Part shown: piece after piece, positions 13,597-28,100 of the stretch
Position numbering within the stretch: the stretch's first letter is position 1
How the letters are laid out: each line of letters opens with the position of its first letter
Position numbers and translations under genes: made by a program
Notes under the pieces: generated by a model
What the model saw: only the letters and a program-made list of their open reading frames with translations
The model's database searches: none
Told to the model about the DNA's origin: nothing
Source of the DNA: Seison nebaliae
Taxonomy: Eukaryota
NCBI GenBank assembly: GCA_023231475.1
Contig: JALJEE010002326.1
Span: 1-64,000 of the forward strand
Reading direction: 5' to 3'
DNA: 64,000 nucleotides

Positions 13597-14163
13597 TACT
13601 ATCAGCCGAATAAAAGACGAAATAGTCTTAATAAATTTATTATTACGTCAATTTATATTAACATTATGGTGGAGATTTTTGTTTTATGGAAATTTAGATA
13701 CTTTTCTTTCTTTAAAATATATTTAAATAAGAAACTTTAATTTTATTTCTGATAAAATGTCTGTAGTCAAAATTTTCATTAATGGCAATCAAATTTCTCT
13801 CTTTGTTTTAATGAGTCTTCTTTCACTTTTTCTTTGGCTTTATTGGGAAGATAAATTTGTTCGTTTATTCTTCCAATTACTCGAATACTCGTATGAACGT
13901 AAGATTTCTTTAAAATACTTTTACCTTCCCCTTAAGTTCTTAAATTATTTATTCCATTTATTTATTTTTGATTCTGATGTTTTAGATGTTTTAACTCGAA
14001 TTTAAATTTTCTTCGAAGTTTTTTAAAAATATTTTTAAAAAATGTTTTATGTGTTAGAAAATATGTTTAAGAGAACGATTAACTAGAGAATTGCATAAAT
14101 TAAAGTTGATTAAGAGAAAAAGAGAATTCTTGATTTCAATTGGGTTCTAATTTTCGAAATATT

Positions 14164-17100
14164 ATGCAAAAAGAAAATATAACTTCATCTAGTTCATTGG
14201 GAAGTGAGCCAATAACTGTGGTAGTTCGATGTCGACCTTTGTTAGAAGGTGAACGTTCAGCGGTTAATTTTTTTTAAATTTCTAATCTATAATTTTAAAA
14301 GAATATTCTTCATTTGGATAATAATGTCTGTCAAATTGAACATATCGATGGTCATTTGAAAACTTTTACTTTTGATGCTTGTTATTCCGAACATACGACA
14401 ACACAAGACATTTTTAAGAATATCGGAATTAATTTAGTAAATTCAGTTAAATTCATTTTCGTTCTATAAAAAATGTTAAATTCTATAATTCTCATTTGCT
14501 CAGGTGACTAGTGGATATAATGGTGTCATCTTCGCTTATGGTCAAACTAGTGCAGGAAAATCGTTTACAATGAAAGGTGTTAGTGATCCACCATCACAAA
14601 AAGGAATAATTCCTCGAGCATTTACTGTTAATAATTTCTAATATTTTTCCTTTAAATTTAAAATTAATTTTAATTTATTTCAATTTAAAAGCAAATCTTC
14701 GATAAAGTCGATTTGACAGATAATCTCCATTTCATTGTGAGAGTGGCATATATCGAAATTTATAATGAAGAAGTTCGAGATTTATTGAGTAAAGATCTGA
14801 GGAAGAAATTGGAAATACAAGAAAGTCCAGATCGAGGAGTTCAGATAAAGGATCTCTCCTGGTTCTGTTGTCAATCGGTGAAGGATTGTGAGACATTGTT
14901 AGAGAAAGGTTGTAAGAATCGAGTCGTTGGCGAAACTTTGATGAATTGTGATTCATCACGTAGTCATACCATATTTATGATCAATGTTGAAACATTGACA
15001 TCGACACTTCCCTCGGCAAATGAAAAGTTTGTGATTCGTGTGGGAAAATTGAATTTGGTTGATTTGGCCGGTTCGGAACGTCAATGTAAAACCGATACGA
15101 CAGGAATGGGATTTCGAGAAGCGGTTAAAATTAATTTATCATTATCAGCTCTCGGTAATGTTATATCGACATTGGCGGTTGGTAAAGCGAGACATATTCC
15201 ATATCGAGATTCGAAATTGACGAGATTATTACAAGACTCTCTCGGAGGCCATGCCAAGACTGTAATTATTGCTTGTTTATCTCGTTCCGCTTGTAATTAT
15301 GAGCAAACATTATCAACTTTACGATTTGCTCATAGAGCGAAAAACATAAAGAACCGACCAAGACCAAACGATACGGCAAATGAATTATTACGATTGTATA
15401 TTGAAGAGATTATGAAATTGAAACAAAAACTAATCAATATACGCGATATTTCGACTTATGAGGAAAAGGATGCGGAATTACAACGAACCAAAAAAGAGGC
15501 ACATATGTTACTCCAACAAAAGAATGAACAGATTGCTGGTCTGTTAACAGCAATCCAAAAAATCCGTGAAAATCAAACGGTAACGATGATGCTTCGATTG
15601 ACGATTGATGATGCGGTGAAAGATAAAGGAGATGATCCATTAAGATTGTTAAGAAGTAAACAACGAATGGTGGTTATTCAGAAGAATGGAGAAAGGAAAC
15701 CAATCAACATTAAATTAACACATCAAGCTGATGGTAAAAATTTAGGCTTGGATGAACATTCCGTTGTAATAGCCAATGAAGGATTTATGTTTCCTGTGAT
15801 TTATGCGAGGAATTTGAATGATGAAGAAGAAGTTTTCACGAAATACTATGTCTCAGCTACCTTAAAAGCTTTCGAAGACAAAATGTTTGAAAAAGTTGAG
15901 AGTTTTCTTTTTGAATTATTTCTTATGAAATCATCTTTCAGGTTCTCTATTTTACGGCGGATGACAAAGAGAAAGATAAACATCATTATATAATTAGAAT
16001 CTATGACATGCCGTCCATGACACCATGTTTGATAAAGAAGATCAGAAAGAATAAGAATAGTGACATTAGTATCGACTTTACAGGAATTGATGATGAGAAA
16101 CCGGTACAAGTCGTTTTTCAAATCATTCGACCAAGTACTGAATATTCTTCACGTTTCATTGTCAGTCATATCATAACGAATGATGGGGTTAGATGTACAA
16201 TGAGTTTATTTTATAAAAGTTTCGATATACCACAAGATGGTGAAGAATCAGCTGCGGCTCCAGAATATGATTTGGTACCTTTCGGACCAATAATTATGGA
16301 GCCAGATGTTTGTCATACAACCCTCAATTATTGGAATGGGAAAATTTACAAACTTTGTTTTCTACGACGATCCGATTCACCGAACATCTTACCTGTTCTA
16401 TCGATAAATGGTGATCGAATGAGAATTAAATTAGATTTTGAGAATGAACAAGAGAATTATGAAATTGTTGAATTGAGACCGGATGGAATTTTAAAAGTGA
16501 AAGATAAGAATACATCGGACATTTGTGATTGTGTATTGGATATGTCGGAGGATGTTTCATTGAAATTATTAACTAATGAGAATGAAACGGAAACAGAATG
16601 TCCATATTCATTTATTAGTTTAATGAAAAATGACACTAATCATTATATCATGTTGAGTAATGAGACTTATGAGATTGAGAAATTGAAAATTTTACAAGCC
16701 CAACGAATCAGATTACATAATGATGAGACATCGAATATATATTTGATTGATGATAATAAACCGTTAAATAATCGTTTTCTCATCACCGATATGGTTGAGA
16801 AGAATAATAAATTGATAATTAGTACGAAGAATGATGAGGGAGTATTCGATTTCCAAATTGATCGATTACCATCATTTTCCGATGCCATAATGCACAATAT
16901 CGGAGTTAACGATAATTCGAATCAATTATTTGTCCGATTTACTAATGAAAATATGTCGTATAAAATTTTGGAAATAATTCTACTTAATCCAGTCAATTAT
17001 CAATTCCGAATGATGGAAGATAATGGTTGTGAGAAATCATTTCATATGATTCCTAATAATGAGAGTGGGGTATTTGCTAATGATGGTCCATTCACCATAT

Positions 17101-19160
17101 TATATGGGAATGATGAATGGAGAATAATCCAGTTTTTCTATGATCCAACAAAAACATTAAATATATATTGCCAAAATGAGTTGGATAAATCCGTGAAGAA
17201 TTTTACGGTGGAGAGACAACAACTCGTAATCGTTTCTTATGATAATGAACGTCATCGATTTTTGATTAAACATCCAACTAATGTGGTCATGAGAGTTAAT
17301 CGATTACTTATCGGAACAATCAATAAAGTTCATAAAATCCACTTTTCAGACCAATATAATTATGTTTATGAAGGTGAAATAATTTTGATTGATGGTTATT
17401 TGTATATTCATGAGCAGAGTGAAAAACCATATTTGATGGAATTAGTCTTGGAAGATAATCAAATATTACAAGTGAGAGAAATATTTAGTGTTGGAGACCG
17501 TCAAACTATCAAATGTGTTTTGCAACAAGAAGTTAAAGATTCTGGTGAAAATGATGAAAATATACAAAGACTTCCTAATGTAAAAGAGAAAATTTTTACT
17601 ATTTTTCATCCCATCCAATTCATTGGGAAAGACGAAGAAGGAAACAAATTTGCATTTTCATGTAGATTAAATTCAAAAGTTTATCGTCTTGTCGATATCG
17701 ATTGGAATGAAGGAAATATGGTAGCGTTAGATGAGATCGAGAAAAAATATTCGACATTTAAATTGACAAATAAAAATTTCGAATGGCAATTCGAAGAAGA
17801 TTCTTCCATCGCATATCGTTTCTATTCATTTGTCGAAGAGAAGATACAGGAATTTAAAATTGATTCGATTCATAGTCGAAATAATTTCATTGATATCAGA
17901 GTGAAGATATGTGATCATCCTAAATGGAATACAATCAATTTAGCTTATGTCAGTTATCCAAAGAAGATATTCATTGATTCAAATGGTGAGAGATTCGACT
18001 TTGGTTTATATCATTCTGAAATAAAATTTCTCTCCGTCATTTCACTGACTCATAAAACACTTGTTGCTATTCAAAATGAACAATCGTTAATATTGACATT
18101 GACCCTCTTAAATTTGAATACGAATGGATGTAGTTTATTCTACGATCAGAATGGTGTAAAATATGAATTCTGTTGGAAATTCTCAAACGACGACATTTTC
18201 TTTATCAATCAAATTATCGATGATGAGATATATGTAATTTTGGGAAATGGTGAAAATGTTAAATATAAATTAGCAAGTGAAATTCAACCGTTAGTAGGAG
18301 AGAAGTTAAATGAAACAGAAAAGAAGGAAACTAAACTGCGTTTATATACTCAAAATCATCAGCGCATTTTCATTGAAAAATTTCCGTACGAGGGTTATAG
18401 AATTTATAATGAAAGATTAGAAGTTATGTCGTTGAATTTAAATTATAAGAAGTTGTTGGATCCATCAAAACTTTGGTTACATTTAAAATTATTACATTGC
18501 GATTTGAGGAAGCCTTTGGAATTGTATTTGGGCTATCCTCCTTCTTATGCGCTATTAGATGAATTCTGTTTTCAAGACATTCAGCCTTTTAGAAAGGATG
18601 ATTCGGCAGAGATTAAAACGAAAAAAGATATCGATAATTTTGTGAAAAATGAAGAGAATTTATTGAGTAGTCGAGTAATCACTGGTGGTTCGAGACTTCA
18701 TAATACTGAGCTACTTCGTCGATTGAAAAAGGAACAGGAATTATCTGACGCTTACACCAAAGACATTGAACGAACGAGAAAGAAATCGGAAGAATTCTTC
18801 GACGCATTAGCAGCCATGAATTTCGTTCCAACAAGAAAAGAAATTAAGTTAAAGACAGATCAGTTAGAAAAGGAACATACAAAAATCGAAGCTATGAAAG
18901 AAGAATTAGAGAGCGATCATTCTGAAAATCTTGAAACATTCACTTCGTTGCGTGGTATGATTGTGGAACAAGAGAAAAAATTAAAACTACTTTCTCAATT
19001 GTTAGAGAAAGTTCAACCGATTATTAGGAAAGATTGCAATTATTCTGATATTTCGGAGATATTTTATTTGGCTAAATGGGATGAACCATCGTCAACTTGG
19101 GAATTGCCGCCACTTGAATTACTGGACGATAAGGAAGAGAAGAAAAACTTTAAAAAATAA
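14164..19160 (+). CDS. Kinesin-2 KIF17/OSM-3-like paralog A (divergent), 5 exons (introns 14263-14301, 14446-14503, 14627-14691, 15895-15941)
   Basis: Motor motifs VVVRCRP, P-loop [19 protein letters not shown] and [22 protein letters not shown]17-type tail [22 protein letters not shown]. Intron 15895-15941 joins ORFs 14713 and 16008 in frame. Confidence 0.9.
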
Positions 19161-19370
19161 AAATAAATGAATTGTTTTATTCGAATTTCTAGAATCTATA
19201 TAATTTTTCTTTTTTTTCTGTTTTTCTTTTGTGTTTTCGTATTTTCGTATTTTCGTTCAATAGAAAACTTTTGTTATTCTCGCCTTCTTCGCCAGATTTT
19301 ATTATCTTAGTTCTACATAACACTTCAAATCGTTCAAAAATAAGAAACGAAAAAATCCTTCTCAGAATCA

Positions 19371-22300
19371 ATGGGAAAAGCTAAAAAACCTGGGCTAGCA
19401 CAACCACATGATGAATCGGTTAAAGTTATTGTTCGTTGCCGACCGATGAATGAGAGAGAAATCAAACTAAAAAGTGACAACATCGTTAAAATGAATAAAC
19501 CTCAATGTAGTCTAATCAACAACAAAGCTCCTAATGCTCCACCCAAAACTTTTTCTTACGATGCTGTTTATGATACGGATTCGATAACGGAAACCATTTA
19601 TGCTGAAGTTGGATTTAGTTTAGTCGATTCAGTTGGTATTATTTTAATGACATTTAAAAACACGATATGATATAATATGACAGGTTTGTGAGGGTTATAA
19701 CGGTACAATTTTTGCTTATGGACAAACCGGTTCAGGTAAATCATTTACCATGCAAGGCGTTCCTAAACCGAGAACACAGAGAGGATTAATTCCTAGATCA
19801 TTTGCAGTTTTCTTATAAGTTATTACATAAGGATTTTTATTAATAATTTTTTTTCAAAAAAGCAAATTTTTGATACGGTGGACACGTCATCAGACAGTAC
19901 AACATTTCTGATACGTTCGAGTTACATTGAAATTTACAACGAAGATATTCATGATTTGCTTGGGGAAGATGTGAAATCGAAATTGGAATTAAAAGTTTTT
20001 ATATTAATTTAAAATAATTATTCAAATGATATATGGTTTTGTAGGAAAATCCTGATAAAGGTATTTATGTAAAGAATTTGTCATGGATCGAATGTCAATC
20101 AATTGAGGATTGTGAATTGTTAATGTCTAAAGGTTGGGACAATCGATCAGTTGGAGCAACGTTGATGAATGCTGATTCGTCGAGATCTCATTCAATTTTT
20201 ACAGTTGTTATGGAAACGATGGAGTTCCATAACAAGAAAGAGATGATTCGTGTTGGAAAATTGAATTTGGTGGATTTGGCTGGGTCGGAACGACAAAGTA
20301 AAACACAGGCAACTGGAATTCGTTTTAAAGAAGCAACGAAAATAAACTTATCACTATCGGCATTAGGTAATGTGATATCGGCGTTGGTGGATGGTAAATC
20401 GAAACATATTCCATATAGAGATTCAAAATTGACGAGATTGTTGCAAGATTCGTTGGGTGGTGGAACTAAAACGGTAATGGTTGCTTGTATTTCACCATCG
20501 GACAATAATTATGATGAAACGTTGTCGACTTTACGATATGCGAATCGAGCGAAGAACATAAAGAATAAACCGAAAATTAATGAAGATCCGAAAGATGCGA
20601 TGATCCGTCAATATCTTGATGAGATTACAAAATTACGAGAACAATTGGAAACGGGTGTTGGAATAATCGATGTTGAAACGATGAAAAAGAAAGACGAAGA
20701 ATTAAAACAAACGAAAGATGCTGCAAATCGAATGCAGAAAAAAAATAAGAAGAAGATGCAGGAATTACAATCACAAGTGAAAGAAGAGAAGAAACGGAAA
20801 ATAATCTCGATGTTAATGGGAATGACTATGAAACAAGAGAAGGAGAAAACTGAAAAACATGAGAGAACTAATATTCGAAAGAATCAACATATGACAATGG
20901 TGAACGATGAGGGATTAAAAGAGGAAGTTAAATTTACTCTTACAACCGATACAGGTGAAGATATTCCGATTCATGTTATAACTAATGAAGATGAGACACA
21001 TCCAACAATTTATTTAGATAAAATGAATAAAGATGGGGAAATGGAGAAACTTTATCTTCTGTCAACACCCACAAAATTGAAATCAGACAATACCGAACAA
21101 TTGTTCACATTTGCTGACGATCCTGAGCGGCCAAATGAGTCACACGAACTAGCATTCGCTCTCAATCATGGTGATGAAAATTCGAATTTTAAAATAGTTT
21201 CATCTAAAACTGATGGTAAACGTTTAATTAGTACGAAATTGAAAGATGCGGATGGATCGACACATAACGTTCAATTGAATATTTTGCGACAAGATGAAGC
21301 AAAACCGGAAGATGAACATATCATGGAATTGACCACCTCTGATGGGGTTGTAAGAACGGTCGGGGTTAAAGTTACCGCCAGTGACGGAAATGCATTGACA
21401 GTTGAGAGTACAAAAATTGTGAATGGGAAAGATATTTTGGTTTTGAAAGACACGAACGGACAAAGTATTAATATGGAAATTTTACCAAAAACTAAAAATC
21501 CCGCCAAACTGGCCGTTTCTGACGAGCAAGGTAATCGAAAGAGAATGAACTTACAAGCCAAATCGAGAAGTACAAATCAAGCATTAGCTGTCCAACATGT
21601 TACACCGAATGGTACAGTAGTTCTATTGAGTGCTGGTGGTAAACCGACGGAAGCGACGGTTGACTTAACGGATAACGTTACGATAAATGCGTTAGGTCAA
21701 GGACCAGTTAAAATCTTGAAAATAAGACAAGAAGGAAATCAACGTAAGATGACGATAATGCAAAATGGGAAACCAATAGAAATCGATGTAGTCGGTTCGG
21801 AACTATTAGAAATGGGTAAGAAAACGGTAAATGAAGTTCGGATACAAATGATAAAAGATGGTCATAAATTAGATGTGGCATCGATTGATACACGTGGAAA
21901 GAAACATTATTTGAAAATGATCGATGGTGGATTGGAAAAGATCTATACCGTTCCGACGATTAAAGATAATGAAAAGTTAGAGAAATTAGCAGCAAAAAAC
22001 GCTTATGGTGATCTAAAAGATATTTATTATATCGGTTTAGATGGACGTGCTGAAGAGATACAATCACTTCATCGTATAGCCGAATTTGCAAATGATATAA
22101 CTGTTGTACAAGCACCGAATCGTGTCAGATATCATGTGACATATGGAGATGAATCTCAAATAAAAGTTTCGGCGGGCAGTGTCGATTATCCACTTTTACT
22201 ACGCAACTCGCAAGATCAACATTGGAAAATTCAACAAATTAAACTTCGTTCCGATAATTCAATGATACTCATAGGACAAAGGACGGATACGCGGGCAATT

Positions 22301-24493
22301 GAACCGTTGCAATTGAACGGAGTACAATTAGTACTAGTGGGAGAGAACCAGCAGAAAACCAGATTCATTTTAGCACATCCATCTGGTGAATTCTACAAGA
22401 TATCACGTGTGGTAATTGATGAGATTAATGGTCAACATAAAATATTGATAACTGATTCATATGAGAGATCTCGATTAATAATTGCGAATCGACCCGCTGG
22501 TGATAATAAAAATTTGCAATTTAATGATCGTGGGAAAACACATCAAATGATCATTGAAGGATTCGATTCCGATCGATATTATGTTCGAGATTTAGCTGTG
22601 GATTTTAGAAAGCAAGTAATTAAATATGTTAAACAAACGGACCACAGTGAACATACAGCTACGATTGCAAATCCTTTACAATTTATCGTAACTAATTTAG
22701 CCACGAATAGCAGAGAAGCATTGGCGTGTATTTTAGGGACACATATGCACAAAGTGGCAGCAATAAACTTTACAGAAAACCAGAAAAGCATAACGTTAGT
22801 GGGTGGTAATAATAAGCCTATGATGTATAAATTATTAGTACAGCCAGCTCCGTTCTATTTATCGGACGATCAACAAAATACGAATATTTTCAATGTCAGA
22901 ATTGGTTTAGAATCTCTCGATACGTATAGTGTTTGTGATATTAAATGGGAACATGGACATCCCATACTGATTTATTTGTCACCTGATAAAACGTTGAAAC
23001 CCATCCAAACCACCAATCTCTCAACGGCAGTATTAGGAGGTGTTGACAGTCAAACCGGTGAACAGAGGCATATCGGTTTAGTAGATGTTCGTGGAGCGAT
23101 GTTACCCATAACTAATTTGGAACCTGGATCAGTTTCAGCAAAAACCAGTTCAGGTAATTATATACATTATTTTATAAAAACCGTAAGTAATCCACGTGGT
23201 AATATGGTGCTAAGAGATGAAGCTGGAAATGTTGCCGAATTTCGTCTGAGAGAAAAGAATGGAAATTTTATAAAACTTGATAGTATTGGTAGTCGAGGTG
23301 AGAAGATAGTAGCGATAGTAGAAGGGAAGAAAGTAGAAAAGGAAATAGAACCGATAGAGAATCCCTTACCTGTGTTAGATGATGTGGGTAAAGAACATGG
23401 AATACAATTCCGTACTATTGATGGAGAAAAATTAAATTTACGAGTGAATGAAGATGAAAAAGCTGAATTTTTCGATAAGCAGGGTTATGCAAGAATACCG
23501 AAAAGACCGGAAGATATAACTGATCTTCAAAGTAATAAAGTTAGAGAGAAACTCACTGTTGTTCTTCCGAATGGAGAATTGGCTGAATATGAAATGGATG
23601 TACCGAAAGAATTGGCAAATTTACCTGAATTTGGAAAATATCGATTTAAATCTGCTAGAAATCCTGATGCGGCATTATTATCTTCTGGAGAGAAGTTGTT
23701 TACTAAAGGTGAAATGAAAGAGATTCTCCAACATCGAATCAATCAACTAACCGAGAATCGTTTACAAGGAGGAAAGAAAGCGCATAATAAAGAATTAGCA
23801 GAAAAGATACAAAAGGAGCGAGAAAGGGCGGAAGAATTTCGAAAATTAGCCGAACAAACCAAAGAAGAACAGAAAAAGAGGAATGATGTACTTTCCAGAG
23901 AATTTGCCAATACGAAAGAAGAAGTTAAGGTGAAGACGGAAATGTTGAAATTAGAAATAAATCAACGTAAACAATTAGAAATGGAATTATCCGATGCGGC
24001 CTTTGAGTTTAATGAGCAGAAAGGTCAATTGTTAGAGACAATAAGAAATCAAGAAAGAAATATGTTATTATTGGCTGAGATCCTAGAACGAATTCAACCA
24101 GTTATTAATCGAACATCCAATTATTATGATATTGATCTCATCAAGAAACAGGCTACTTGGGATGATGATGCTAAGGAATGGTCCTTACCAGCACTCCGAG
24201 TAGAACAAACTGCTTTACCTCAACTAGGACGGGCATCCGCAGAACAACATCAATTTAATAAGAGATATGATGCAGGTGAAGCAAGAAGTGTTAGAAACGA
24301 TGTAATTCGTCGTCACCGTCCGAGAACCGCTTTTAAGAATTCTCGATTTGAAGATGGTGTAGTAACTGGTAAAGTGAATGGTTGGATGAATGATGATGTT
24401 AGTGAATCGTCCAACATTGTAACTGGTGGTCGGGGATCTTCCCGTAGTGCTAAACGACCCCAAACTGGTAAATTGAGACCAGTAAAATTTTAA
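19371..24493 (+). CDS. KIF17: Kinesin-2 KIF17/OSM-3-like paralog B, 4 exons (introns 19632-19683, 19807-19862, 19995-20044)
   Basis: [45 protein letters not shown], kinesin-2 neck [18 protein letters not shown], and KIF17-type tail [33 protein letters not shown]. Confidence 0.92.
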
Positions 24494-25197
24494 ATTTTAC
24501 GAATTTTTTTTTCTTTCAACTTCATTATTCTTTAGCAACTTCATTTTATTCGTAATTTTCTATCTTACGTTAATAAACATATACTGTATTTACTAAATGA
24601 ACTGAATTCTTTCCATTTCTCTTATTATTACGATAAATGAATTGTGAAAAATGATAAATAATAAAGAATAATTAAACACTAATTCTTCTCTAATCCATAA
24701 AGAAAAATAGTTGGAAATTTTTAATCATTTAATATATTTAGATCTGATCGATAACATTAAGGAATTTCAAAAAAAATTAAGAAAACATTAATTATCAGTA
24801 ATTAATATGTAGGTCTGTACAAACGGTACAATTAGTTTGTGAAAGCAATAAAATGAAAATGAGCATTTCAAGATCCTCTTGTAAGTATTTACCGATTGAA
24901 TTTTAGTGCAAATTTAAAAGGAAATAATCAATCATAAATTAAAATTAGTTCAAAGTAGGTCAAAGAAAATTCGTTAGATAAACAATTCATGATACCCTTA
25001 CTACCAATTTTAAGATAACATCCTACACGTTTAATAACTCTTAAAATTTTATTCTTATTATTATTAACTTTACGTAATATTTGTCCAGTAAAATAAACAA
25101 TTGACACTGAAAGAGTTAAAATTATGATTGAAATTAAATTAATTGAGTTTCAATTATCTCAATTCCATAGAGTAATAACTAATTTCTATCATATACG

Positions 25198-28100
25198 ATG
25201 GTAGACTTTACAAGGATACATCATAGCATTATATGTACTATTATTTTCCTCATCTTGACATGCAAGTCGATCGATGGTTTGATTTGAGATTTTTAAGTTT
25301 TACGACTACATATCAACTTAGCAACTTTGCAGATAAACAAGTTAATGAAATGTTCGACCGATACAAAATTCTCCACGATCGATTGTGGACCTAATAAAGT
25401 GATGATGGTAAAGGAATGGTTCTATGGCGTCTCTGCAACGAATACGTGTAAACATGAGTATTCTTTCTTTTTTCTTGAACTGATTCCTAATTGTGTTCGA
25501 TAGTGCTGGTGATTGTGTGGAGAAATTAGATGAAATGACAATTCGACTATATAGTCGATCCCAAACGAGATTTGTCTTTCCCAAATATTCACCATTATCG
25601 ACATGTCAACATAAGAAATCAACTTATCTGGTGATTGAGTATTATTGTGTCCCAAGTTACCGTTTTTAAATGATGAATAATGATTTCTAATTTTAATATG
25701 ATTGAAGCAATTAATGACAATACGAATGATATTTGTGACACATCTACTAACCAACTGCAATTCAGTTCGGGAATAATCAGCACACATAATGGGAGAGATA
25801 AGAAAAATTGCTTTAAAAATCTTTTAGCTACCGATTATCATTTATATCAAATTTTCATTATTAAAATGACATTAGATTGCAAAAATGGTAATATGACGGT
25901 GCTCTCAGGAAACAATGGGAAAGTGGAAATCTGTGGACGTCATACTTATGTTCCGTTAATAATCGAGGATTTCTGTTCCAGTAGTATTGCAATCAAATTG
26001 ATATCGAGTAAGATTGATGCATTCTCAATTTATTATCAACAAATAATTCGAGAGCCACTTTCATTAAAATGTTCATTTAAACCATTAAGTCCTGGCGATG
26101 TTACAACACCAATAACAGACACACCGACAATGATAACAACTACATTATCTGGTGGTATAACCCCTACAACAACTTTAAAAAAGACTACATTACCTATGGA
26201 ATTATATCAAATTCAACATACTGCCTCACCTGTAAAATCGGCACATTTATGTGTAAAAGAAAGAGAAGTGGTTCGAACACCGGCAGGTTTCCATTTGATT
26301 GTCATCAAAAGTTACAAAGGAATATCAATGAACCAAATTTGTACGAAACCCACGTTGGAGTATTTCATAAATTTAATACAATTTTAAAAATTCTTCAAAA
26401 TTGTTCAGTTCGAAAGATTGTAAAGAAAGTGTTTCCCCTCCATTTTGTTACGGTCAGACATGCACGTTCCATCTATACATGGCAACCAAATTATTAACAT
26501 GTAACAACCATAAGGCTGATTATTTCCATGTTGATTATCAATTTGTTCCAGGTACCTATGTCTTTCAGCATTTACAATTGATTAATCTTCTCGTTCATTC
26601 AGATGATTTTCATGATGCCGATGACGTTTGTGCAGGACAAAGCATCACAGTAAACAAAGCGTTTGTTGAAAGTACTGCTGATACTGAGACTTGTAGTCGA
26701 GTTTACCATTCGACTAGTCCTAGTAAAATATGGAGAGTGTTCGTTTTGAAAGCACAATATTCAACACCACCACCTGGACCTGATAAGTTTCGGCAACTTT
26801 TCATCTTAACCATCAATTATAATAACTAATCAATTATAGTAAACAACAATGTTTGAAGAATAGTGTATTGACGGTGAGTGATGGTACGTTTAGTGCTGAA
26901 GTATGTGGATATCGAGACAATTCTTATCTTTTCGAAAGTTGTTCAGAAAAACTGATTATCAGTTCAGTCGGTTCTCAAGCTCTCCATCTGTATATTGAGG
27001 CAAGTGAATGGCCAGGACAACATTCATGTAACAATGTCATTACTAAGCCGACTCCTTTCACTACTTTATCACCATACACTGGACCTACCACCACCATAAC
27101 TCCGCCACCGATAAAAAACGGTTTTCATTTCCTTTGTTCTCTAGTTTCATTTCTTCTCATAAAGTTATTTCGGATGTCATAAATTTAAATAGCTGCACCG
27201 GACATCGTTTAAATCTGATGTGTAATCAAGGAACATCGATATTAATCGATTCATCAACCAGTGGAGTTCACAGTAATCCAAAAGATTGTATCTATCGGTT
27301 CATTGTTTTTAATTAATAAAAATTAATTTATTTCTCAGTGTCACGGATTGTTATCATGATGAGACACATTTAGCTAGAGAAACTTGTGCCGGATATCGAA
27401 CATGTCAATTATATGTTGACGAACATGTTTTAGCACAATGTCAATTGAAATCTTCGACTTATCAAAATGTCAAATATCGATGTGTTCCAAGTACGTCCCA
27501 AAATTATTAATTTAATAAAAATAATTTTTCTTCCAGATCAAACCGATAAAGTAAATAAGAAAGACATTTGTTCATCAGACAGTAAAACAATCGTATTAAA
27601 TGAAGATAATCCTTCAATCGTTCTCACTGGATCGTCGTCAACTAATAACATTTATTGTTCTCAATTAATAACGGCACCGAATAATTACGTAATTGATCTT
27701 TATTATTTATCAATGTCGACATATCCTGGAAAGCTGACTAAGTTAAAATTAGAAATTTAAAATCAATATGTAATTAACTTTATTTCCAATAAAGATGTTC
27801 CGTCGACGAATTATACGTCACTGATGGAAAAATTGAAAGAAAAGTATGTGGATACTCCAAAACGAAAAGCTTCCTAACCAGTTGTGGTACTAAATTATTA
27901 GTCCGTCATAAATTCGCCGCTAAATACACACTACACAAAGGTATTCGATTATATGCGGAAAGTTCAGAAATTTTGAAGATTATTTTCTAATTTCCAATTA
28001 TAAATTGTTTTAGTTACTCGTGCATCGATATCAGCATGTTCGGAAGCAAATAATTTAGTTCCTGATATGACAACTACCAAACGACCGTTTACATTCAAGC

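Noticed and set aside
15895..16008. Frameshift, or two separate genes, between ORFs 14713 and 16008
   Set aside because: A 47-nt GTT..CAG intron joins them in frame, and the junction aligns with paralog B.
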